From a candidate division WOR-3 bacterium (lineage in GTDB: Bacteria; Hydrothermota; UBA3072; B12-G15), in assembly GCA_965649055.1 (NCBI GenBank), contig CBFGJG010000029.1, positions 1 to 22,825 of the forward strand: DNA of 22,825 nt, written 5' to 3'. This document shows positions 8,507 to 16,540 of this stretch, piece by piece. The notes beneath the pieces were generated by a model that was not told the DNA's origin, did no database searches, and saw only the letters and a list, made by a program, of their open reading frames with translations. Within the stretch, counting starts at the first letter, position 1. Each line of letters begins with the position of its first letter. The translations under genes and the position numbers were made by a program.

Positions 8507-10019
8507 TGACCATTATCACCCTTTCTTTATAAAAATATGCCACATTGTTTCTGCATATCTCTTTTACTTTATACATTGCAATATCAGCATTTCTAATTAA
8601 TTCTTCTTTGTTCTTTGCATAGTTGGGAAATGAAGACACACCAAAACTTGCCCTTATTCTAACCCTGCATTTTTTTGATATCTCAAAATCTTTTTCAGCA
8701 AGCTTTTTTCTCAAAAATTCGGCAAAATTAATGGCATCCATCAATTCAGTCCTTGGTAGTATCAGTATATACTCATCGCCACCATACCTAACTGATATAA
8801 CACCATCAGGAAGATATTTTTTTATCCTCTTTGCAACAAGTTGTAATGTTTTACTGCCTACAAGATGGTCATATTCATCATTAACCCATTTAAAATGGTC
8901 AATATCCATAAAGATTAATGAGACTGGGTATTTTTTCTCTTTTGCATCAATTAGTATTTTTTCAAGTGGTTCTTCAATAAAGCGATAGTTGTAAAAACCC
9001 GTTAAATCATCTTTATATGCAAGTTCTAATATTCTATTATATAATTTTGCGTTTTCAATTGCTATTGTGAGCTGGTTTGCAACCTGAAGAAGAACATCAA
9101 CCTCTTCTTTATTAAAATCATAATTTTTTAAACTCCCAATATCAATAACTCCAAGTATGTTACCTCTTTTCTTCAGTGGAAGGTATAATTCAGATTTTGT
9201 CTTTAAAATACTTTTATCTTCAGGTATATTATTTACAATAATAAAACTTTTTTCTTTGCGGATATTTTTAATGACATCTTTCTGTTCGAAATAATTTATG
9301 TCAATTTTAAATCCTTTTGAAATAGAAAAATCACCAATCAATCTATCATCTGTAAAGACACCTATATAAACATAATGATAGTTAAAGGCATCTCTTATAA
9401 TCTCTGCACTTTTTTTTAATAATTTACTAATTTCAAGAAATGATGTTATATTTCTGTTTATTCGAGAGATTAAGGTTAAATATTTTATCTTCTGATTAAG
9501 TTTTTTCACAAGTGTTGCATTTTCAAAAGCAAGTGCTGCTTGTTCAACATAAGTTTTAACTAATTTTAAGTCATTATTACTAAATTCTGATTCTCCCTTC
9601 TTATTTATAATTTCAATGACACCAACGAGATTTCCTTTACTGATCATCGGTATTGCAAGTATGGATTTTGTTTTGAATTTACTTTTCTTATCAATATCGG
9701 AAAAAAACCTTGGATCTTTACTTACATCGGGAACCAGAATGGGTTTTTTGTTCTTCACAACCCAACCTACTATTCCTTTATCCTTAGGTATTCTTAAACC
9801 TGTTAATTCTTCCTTTTTTTCACCAAAAACATCATAGAATATCAATTCATTCGTAGATTCATCTATAAGAAATAATGTCCAAGCTTCAGCCTGTATAATT
9901 TCAGATATATTCAGCATTATTATATGTAGAATTTCATCAATTGTTTTCCTTGGTGAATTTATAGCTTTTATTATCTCTGCGGCTATTTCGAATTCAGATC
10001 TCATCTTTTCTTTCTTCAA
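8499..10019 (-). CDS. GAF-GAF-GGDEF dinucleotide cyclase; Hypr-type (candidate 3',3'-cGAMP synthase)
   Basis: Two GAF domains, then DDLTGFYN, MDIDHFKWVND, HLVGS, RYGGDEY, SFGVS and ADIAMYKVK. The track start is TTG at 10019; in-frame ATG at 10004 is an alternative. The domain call is firm; product specificity is inferred. Confidence 0.9.
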   Translation of the reverse strand: MKKEKMRSEFEIAAEIIKAINSPRKTIDEILHIIMLNISEIIQAEAWTLFLIDESTNELIFYDVFGEKKEELTGLRIPKDKGIVGWVVKNKKPILVPDVSKDPRFFSDIDKKSKFKTKSILAIPMISKGNLVGVIEIINKKGESEFSNNDLKLVKTYVEQAALAFENATLVKKLNQKIKYLTLISRINRNITSFLEISKLLKKSAEIIRDAFNYHYVYIGVFTDDRLIGDFSISKGFKIDINYFEQKDVIKNIRKEKSFIIVNNIPEDKSILKTKSELYLPLKKRGNILGVIDIGSLKNYDFNKEEVDVLLQVANQLTIAIENAKLYNRILELAYKDDLTGFYNYRFIEEPLEKILIDAKEKKYPVSLIFMDIDHFKWVNDEYDHLVGSKTLQLVAKRIKKYLPDGVISVRYGGDEYILILPRTELMDAINFAEFLRKKLAEKDFEISKKCRVRIRASFGVSSFPNYAKNKEELIRNADIAMYKVKEICRNNVAYFYKERVIMVNE

Positions 10020-12486
10020 GAATAACTTGATATACTATTTTTATTCTTCCTTTTTCCGTAATAAAATCTCCATTCTCCTGAATATCAAACTCAAAATTAG
10101 CAGGATTTATTACAAGCTGTTTACTCTTATCAAGTTCATCAATATAATAAATTCCGGCTCTTTTTATCCTGCATCCTTCAAAATAGTACTCTCTTTCATC
10201 CTCTCTCATTTTTAGAATTTGCAAAAGTTTATCCGAAATATCTTTTTCAGTCATTTTTGTTTCAAACTCCTTGAACAGAGAAAATCTTTCAACATTCAAT
10301 ATTATATTTATTAATGTAGTATGATCTATAAGAATAACAGACCTTTCCTTTGCTTTGCCGGATGAAAAGACACTTGCTTCGTGAACAAGAAAACCTGTAA
10401 TATCAGGATCACCAAAGGAATTTGGAGTAAATACCATATCTCTCTGAGGTAATCCACTGACAATTCCAACACCAAGTTTGAAAAGGGATTTAAATTCAGG
10501 TGGTAGAAGTGCATATGTCACTCCTTCATGTAATAGTTCTTTTTCCGCAATTTCACCGAACCATTCCCTATAGTTTACGTAATTCTCCTTTACAAAATCT
10601 TCTGCAGATTGAACGATACCAATAGCAGTTTTTAAAGCCTTGTATCCAGAATTTGGGTCTTTTAATATTGCAAATTCATCCTCAACTGCTGTAGAAAATC
10701 TTATACTTAGATTTTCTTTTAACATAAAAGTTTTAAAGATATCATTATACAATTGATTTGAATTACCGCCAAACCATATAATTCCGCCATCGCCTATTTC
10801 TTTAAGTAAAAAACCTCCACCTTTTTTAGCATTATTCAATACAGCATAATTAAATTTATTCATTATCATTCTTTGTTTTTCTGCATCTTTTAGGCGATGA
10901 GCCATAAATGTTGAACCCCTTATATCATATATCAAAACAGTTACGACAGAAGAAAAATTTCTCGTTAGAATATTTCCTATTTTCCTATTTTTTTCAATAA
11001 TTGCAGCAGAAATCTTCGGTGTTATTTTACTTGATTTTGAAAATCTATGGAATTTACCAGAAGGTAAAAGCTCAATTCCAACAAGATGTAATGCATCCCT
11101 TGCATCAAGTAATGTTTTAGGATTTTGAGAATCTACTCTTGGTGGCCATACGAAAAGTAAATCCGATACTATCTTGTAAGAAACCATAGGCTCAAAGATG
11201 TTTTCAAATATTGCACGGTAATTTTTTAAAACCTTAACAGGGTCAATAATAACATTTTTCTTTGAACGCTCAACAAGTGTTTTGAATCTATCCGGGTCCT
11301 TTTTATATTCTCTTAGAAATATCTTCTGAATATTCTTCAACACATTGGGCTCTATTATCTCAAAATATTTATCAGATTTCCAGTTATTTATCACAAAGTC
11401 CTCTATCTCCCAATCAGAACCTTTAGGTAAAAATGCCTTGAGTTTTTCTGATGTTATATTCTGTAATTCTCTATTTTCCTGTATACTTCTTCCCACCTCA
11501 AGCATCTTTGATGTATATCCTCTGAAAAGTTTTATGTGGAATTTAATCCTCTTCATCATATTCAGTATTGCATCCTGAGTTCCGTCTATTGCCTTACTTA
11601 TATCCCCTTTTAAACTTATATCAAGAACATCTTGCAATTCATGTAAAGATTTTTCGATAATATTTTTTGTTTCGGTTTTAACCTTTAATGATAGCATATC
11701 AAGTTCTTTATCTCTTTCCCTTAGAATTTTTTCATTTTGTTTGGCTTTTAAAGACACTAATTTTGCAAATTTTACTTGGGTGTCTTCTGAAAGAGGAAGG
11801 AATTGTTCGAATGGGAAACTGTTTAAGTCTGAAAAATCACTTATCTGTGTTGATTCGAGTAATTTAATTATATGTATGTCTTCCCTTTTGATAAAACTAT
11901 CCATTATAATTTTATTTACCTCACGGAAGATTGATGCATCAAAATCATAATTTTTCAATAATCTATTAATATCTTCGAGTGTTACACTTTTTATATTAAC
12001 ACCTAAGAAGTAAGGTCCTTTGTGAAAAAAATCAAAAACCTGTTTTTCTGTTGCACTTAAATGCTGGGTGGACTCAACAAAAATCTTTAATATTTTAGAA
12101 CCAAAATTTAAGGATTCATCAATAGAACTAAATATAGGTGGAAATACTTTCATAAGGAATGCCTCAAATAATAAAGCGAATTCGGATGAAAATGAAAGTA
12201 TATTATTGTAAACATCACTTACAATCTTTGAAACTTCTTCTGCACTTCCGGAAACTGCAAAAAGTTTCATTTTTTCCTCTGTTGATAATTCAACAACTAT
12301 ACTTTCGTCAAAGGTTGATAAAAACTTGATAAAAAAATCTGGAAGTTTTCTTATATCAAAGCATCTTTCTAATAACTTTTTATTCTTTAGGAATGTATCA
12401 CTTTTTACAAGGTTTTTTTTTAAATTTATTATATAATTACTTGATAACTCTGCGGAAGATTCTATATCAGATAGTTTTACTATCAT
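9994..12486 (-). CDS. 830-aa soluble protein: helical N-terminal region plus divergent class III nucleotide-cyclase-like C-terminal domain
   Basis: VTVLIYDIRGST (D521), KEIGDGG (K562, D566), LGVGIVSG, PDITGFLVHEAS (D695) and ILID, in the order of class III cyclase motifs; paralogous to the 21269 gene. Confidence 0.7.
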   Translation of the reverse strand: MIVKLSDIESSAELSSNYIINLKKNLVKSDTFLKNKKLLERCFDIRKLPDFFIKFLSTFDESIVVELSTEEKMKLFAVSGSAEEVSKIVSDVYNNILSFSSEFALLFEAFLMKVFPPIFSSIDESLNFGSKILKIFVESTQHLSATEKQVFDFFHKGPYFLGVNIKSVTLEDINRLLKNYDFDASIFREVNKIIMDSFIKREDIHIIKLLESTQISDFSDLNSFPFEQFLPLSEDTQVKFAKLVSLKAKQNEKILRERDKELDMLSLKVKTETKNIIEKSLHELQDVLDISLKGDISKAIDGTQDAILNMMKRIKFHIKLFRGYTSKMLEVGRSIQENRELQNITSEKLKAFLPKGSDWEIEDFVINNWKSDKYFEIIEPNVLKNIQKIFLREYKKDPDRFKTLVERSKKNVIIDPVKVLKNYRAIFENIFEPMVSYKIVSDLLFVWPPRVDSQNPKTLLDARDALHLVGIELLPSGKFHRFSKSSKITPKISAAIIEKNRKIGNILTRNFSSVVTVLIYDIRGSTFMAHRLKDAEKQRMIMNKFNYAVLNNAKKGGGFLLKEIGDGGIIWFGGNSNQLYNDIFKTFMLKENLSIRFSTAVEDEFAILKDPNSGYKALKTAIGIVQSAEDFVKENYVNYREWFGEIAEKELLHEGVTYALLPPEFKSLFKLGVGIVSGLPQRDMVFTPNSFGDPDITGFLVHEASVFSSGKAKERSVILIDHTTLINIILNVERFSLFKEFETKMTEKDISDKLLQILKMREDEREYYFEGCRIKRAGIYYIDELDKSKQLVINPANFEFDIQENGDFITEKGRIKIVYQVILEERKDEI

Positions 12487-13795
12487 CCGAAATTCCGTTA
12501 AATCTAAACCTGCTTATTTTAACAGATGGACAGATTGTGTGCGAGGGGGTTGGTATGCTATAAAAATCGTTCCCTGTATGAACCTCTATTTCGGAAGATA
12601 TAGATTCAATATTTGAAAATGCCTCTACCATACTCTGAGTAAATCTAAGATTCTTTAGCGGCTTTACTATCTTCCCGTTTTTAATAAGAAAAGTTCCGTA
12701 TCTTGTCATTCCGGTTAGAGTTACATCAAAAGGTCTTACTGTATTTACATAATGAAAATTAGACACATATATACCATTATCTACAGATGAAACTAAATCT
12801 TCTAAGCTACTATTACCTTTTTCCATTACAAGATGGTTTGGAATTGGTCCTGAAACTATCCCTCCACTACTATGACCTGTTGTATCCTTACCTATCTTTT
12901 TACCATAGTATCTATCACAGGTCACGTTTTTACATATTCCTTTTTCAATGATAGTTACCTTTTTTCTTTCAATACCCTCCTCGTCAAAATGGAAAGGAAA
13001 TCCAGATTCATAGTCTTTATCATCATAGATTGTAACATTTTCAGAAAAAACCTTTTTATTTTCTTGGAAGAATGATGTTTTCTCATAAACAGCTTTTGCA
13101 TTAAATGAAAGATATCCCATATGACCTAATATCGAAGCAACTGCAGGGCTTTCAAGTATAACAGTATATTCACCAGGTTCAATAATATGTGGTTCACTCT
13201 TGAACATTATTTTCTTTTTTAAATCATCCAATTTATCAATGTCAAAATCAAGCGTATTAAATGATTTAAATGCTGAATGCTTATTATTTATATAAATAAT
13301 GCTGACATAGTCCATTGGTATAGATTGAAAGAGTCTTAAACCTGCTGAATTCCCAATTGCCCAGGTAACATTACCTGACTTAAGAATGCCATAAGCTGAA
13401 TACTTACCGGACTTCTTAATTATCTTCTTTACAACATTAAAACATAATTTAACATCTATATTTCTATTTGTTTCTTCAGTAGATGTGGCTGTTGAACTAC
13501 TCACAAAGGGCGGCAGGTCATCAATTGGCTTTGAAACCCTTGCTATCTTTCTTGCCTCTTTAATTGCATTTTTTATTAATTTAGTCTCAAGATATGGTGC
13601 GACTGATGAAGCAATTCGATTTTTATTTATCACTTTAACAAAAACCTTAACATCATTCAAAATTGAATTTTGATGGATAAAAGAATTTGCATATCTTATA
13701 AAAATAGACTCATCCATTGAAAATGTTAGTTGAACATCATCTGTTCCTTTTAATACCTTGTCAAAAATTTCAAATACTTTTTCTTTGTTTATCAC
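12467..13795 (-). CDS. TldD/PmbA family protein, TldE/PmbA-like
   Basis: RYANSFIHQN, EPGEYTVILESPAV, FDEEG, TGHS, TGMTRYGTFLIKNG and NLRFTQS; no HExxGH zinc motif. Confidence 0.88.
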   Translation of the reverse strand: MINKEKVFEIFDKVLKGTDDVQLTFSMDESIFIRYANSFIHQNSILNDVKVFVKVINKNRIASSVAPYLETKLIKNAIKEARKIARVSKPIDDLPPFVSSSTATSTEETNRNIDVKLCFNVVKKIIKKSGKYSAYGILKSGNVTWAIGNSAGLRLFQSIPMDYVSIIYINNKHSAFKSFNTLDFDIDKLDDLKKKIMFKSEPHIIEPGEYTVILESPAVASILGHMGYLSFNAKAVYEKTSFFQENKKVFSENVTIYDDKDYESGFPFHFDEEGIERKKVTIIEKGICKNVTCDRYYGKKIGKDTTGHSSGGIVSGPIPNHLVMEKGNSSLEDLVSSVDNGIYVSNFHYVNTVRPFDVTLTGMTRYGTFLIKNGKIVKPLKNLRFTQSMVEAFSNIESISSEIEVHTGNDFYSIPTPSHTICPSVKISRFRFNGISDDSKTI

Positions 13796-15078
13796 ATCTT
13801 CCTCCTTAAAAATTCACCTTCATTATAAACAATGTTTCCACCAACAACGGTCATTAAAACCTTACCTTTCATCTTCCAGCCAATAAATGGGGAATTTTTT
13901 GATAATGAATAAAAATTCTCTTCTTTTACAACCCATTCCTTCTTTAAATCAACAATAGTAAAATCTCCAAAACCACCATCTTTTATCTCTCCGTATGGAA
14001 CATCAAAAATCATTGCTGGTTTTGAAGATAGATGACTTATAAGGGACTTAAGAGGTAATAACCCTTCATTTACAAATTTTGTAAAAAGAGAAGAAAAAGA
14101 TGTCTCAAGCCCTGTAATTCCAAACGGAGCTAAAGGAAATTCAAGTTCTTTTGTATACAACGGATGCGGTGCATGGTCTGTAGCGATAGCGTTAACAAAT
14201 CCTTCTTTCAAAGCCTTTAGTAACGCTTCACAATCACTTTTCTTTCTTAATGGTGGATTCATTTTGAAATTTGAATCAGTCAACCTCAAATCATTCTCGG
14301 AAAGTATTAAGTGATGCGGTGTAACATCAAATGTAACATTACAACCAGAATCTCTACCAAATTTAATTATATCTAATGAAGTTTGGGTACTGATATGTGC
14401 AAAATGTATTGGGGAATTCAAATACCTTGCAATCTGAATATCCCTCGAAACAATAATGCTTTCGGATATATCGGGAATACCTTTAACACCATATGAAATT
14501 GATATAAAACCTTCGTTTATTATTCCATTATCTGATAAATCTTTATCTTCAGGATGTTCTATAAAAATTGCCTTTGTGTTTTTTAAATATTCAAGGACTC
14601 TCCTAACAATTTTTGAACTTTTTATTGTATTTCCATCATCTGTGAATGCCTTGCATCCTATCTCATACATCTCTTTCATCTCTGTCAATTTCTCACCTGC
14701 TCTACCAATGGTTGCTGCACCAACAGGATAAATTCTCAAAAGACCAACTTCTTCTGCCCTTCTAAGAATAAAACTTACCATTCCTTTATTATCAATAGGT
14801 GGATTGGTATTTGGGAAAACAAATATTGAAGTGTATCCTCCTGAAACTGCCGCTTTACTTCCACTATCAAAATTTTCTACATCTTCACCACCAGGCTCCC
14901 TTATGTGTGTGTGTATATCGATAAACCCCGGAAATATATACAGCCCTTTCCCGGATATAGAGATTTCAGGAATACCGATTTCCTTCTTTACAATGCCATT
15001 TTCAATATATATATTACCAATCTCATCAATATTATTCAAAGGGTCAAAAAGATTTACATCCTTTATAAGTAATTTCAT
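13792..15078 (-). CDS. pyrC: Dihydroorotase (type I, long form)
   Basis: PGFIDIHTHIREPG, PNTNP, FTDDG, EHPED, HFAHIST, KMNPPLR and ATDHAPH metal/substrate motifs; follows pyrB. Confidence 0.95.
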   Translation of the reverse strand: MKLLIKDVNLFDPLNNIDEIGNIYIENGIVKKEIGIPEISISGKGLYIFPGFIDIHTHIREPGGEDVENFDSGSKAAVSGGYTSIFVFPNTNPPIDNKGMVSFILRRAEEVGLLRIYPVGAATIGRAGEKLTEMKEMYEIGCKAFTDDGNTIKSSKIVRRVLEYLKNTKAIFIEHPEDKDLSDNGIINEGFISISYGVKGIPDISESIIVSRDIQIARYLNSPIHFAHISTQTSLDIIKFGRDSGCNVTFDVTPHHLILSENDLRLTDSNFKMNPPLRKKSDCEALLKALKEGFVNAIATDHAPHPLYTKELEFPLAPFGITGLETSFSSLFTKFVNEGLLPLKSLISHLSSKPAMIFDVPYGEIKDGGFGDFTIVDLKKEWVVKEENFYSLSKNSPFIGWKMKGKVLMTVVGGNIVYNEGEFLRRKM

Positions 15079-15998
15079 TCTTCACCCCTTGGAAGTCCAC
15101 TTAAAAGATAAATTATTGCCATTCTTACTGCTACACCATTGGTTACCTGTTGCAAAATTAACGACCATGGTCCATCAGCAACATCTGGTGCGAGTTCAAC
15201 TCCTCTATTTACAGGTCCTGGATGCATTATAACAACATCTTTTTTAGCAAATTTTTGAAGAACTTCTTTTGTAACAGAATAAAATCTAATATACTCATTT
15301 ATTGTTGGTATGAAACAGCCATCCTGTCTCTCTTTCTGTATTCTTAAAACATAAACAACATCCTTATTTACTATTGCTTCTTTCAAACAATATGTAATAT
15401 CAACCCCGTAATTAATAAAATATTCAGGCAAAAGTGTAGGTGGACCACATAAAGTTATCTTGGCTCCCATTTTTTTCAATGCAAGTATCAATGACCTTGC
15501 AACCCTTGAATGGAGTATATCACCGATTATAGAAACATTTAAATCTCTTAAATCACCAAACTTTTCAACCATACTTAGAATATCCAATAAAGCCTGAGTA
15601 GGATGTTCGTGTGAGCCATCACCTGCGTTGATAACAGAAGCGTTTATTCTTTCAGAGAGATAATGTGGAGCAAAAGGAACACTGTGTCTTATAACAACAA
15701 TATCAACCTTCATTGCTTCAATATTCCTTGCAGTATCAAGTAATGTTTCACCTTTCTCAACGCTTGAAAAAGACTTGGATATGTTAACTGTGTCAGCTGA
15801 AAGTCTTCTCTCAGCAATTAAAAATGAATTAAGAGTCCTTGTGCTTGGCTCAAAGAAAAGATTGGCAACGGTTAAACCCCTTAATGTTGGAACCTTCTTT
15901 ATTTTCCTTTCAAGAACAAACTTCATACTTTTTGCTGTCTCAATAATCTGATTAATATCTTCGAGTGTTATATCTTCAATACCAAGTAGATGCTTCAT
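15075..15998 (-). CDS. pyrB: Aspartate carbamoyltransferase catalytic subunit
   Basis: FFEPSTRT, KGETLLDT, NAGDGSHEHPTQALLD, GDILHSRVARS, LRIQKER and MHPGP. Confidence 0.97.
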   Translation of the reverse strand: MKHLLGIEDITLEDINQIIETAKSMKFVLERKIKKVPTLRGLTVANLFFEPSTRTLNSFLIAERRLSADTVNISKSFSSVEKGETLLDTARNIEAMKVDIVVIRHSVPFAPHYLSERINASVINAGDGSHEHPTQALLDILSMVEKFGDLRDLNVSIIGDILHSRVARSLILALKKMGAKITLCGPPTLLPEYFINYGVDITYCLKEAIVNKDVVYVLRIQKERQDGCFIPTINEYIRFYSVTKEVLQKFAKKDVVIMHPGPVNRGVELAPDVADGPWSLILQQVTNGVAVRMAIIYLLSGLPRGEE

Positions 15999-16540
15999 AA
16001 TTTATCATCCTTGCGAATTATGAATACACCTTCTTTACCATCAACCTCTTTAATTAAAACTGATACATTCTCATTTTCACCACATTCAACTATCTTTCCT
16101 GTAAAGTCTGGACAAATTGGTAATTCCCTTCCTCCTCTATCAATGACAACCAAAAGAAATATTCTTTTAGGTCTTCCAAAATCTATTAATTCGTCTATTG
16201 CTGCTCTTATTGTTCTTCCGGTATAAAGAACATCATCAACAAGCAAAACCACTTTACCGTCAATCGAAAAATCTATTTCAGTTGTTCCTATCAAAGGTTT
16301 TGGGCCAACAGTAGACAAATCATCTCTATAGAGTGTGATATCAATAGCACCAAAATCAATTTTTAAATTTGTCTTTGTTTTCAAAATCCTCATTATTCTT
16401 TTAGCTATTATATCACCTCTATTTTTTATACCTATTATGCAGATATGTTCGTATTTATCTTTAAAACTATTTATAACATCCATAGAAAGGTTTGTTATAA
16501 TCCTTTCTAATTCTTCATTATTGAAAATTATTTTTTCCAT
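15995..16540 (-). CDS. pyrR: Bifunctional pyr regulator / uracil phosphoribosyltransferase PyrR
   Basis: GIKNRG, DITLYRDDL, LLVDDVLYTGRTIRAA (PRPP motif) and DRGGRELPI; directly upstream of pyrB. Confidence 0.95.
   Translation of the reverse strand: MEKIIFNNEELERIITNLSMDVINSFKDKYEHICIIGIKNRGDIIAKRIMRILKTKTNLKIDFGAIDITLYRDDLSTVGPKPLIGTTEIDFSIDGKVVLLVDDVLYTGRTIRAAIDELIDFGRPKRIFLLVVIDRGGRELPICPDFTGKIVECGENENVSVLIKEVDGKEGVFIIRKDDKL

Noticed and set aside
9994..12486. Pycsar/CBASS-type antiphage system
   Set aside because: No TIR, TM-cNMP or nuclease effector next to either cyclase-like gene; the context is housekeeping, and the specificity residues look purine-type. Pyrimidine cyclase activity cannot be excluded but has no direct support.
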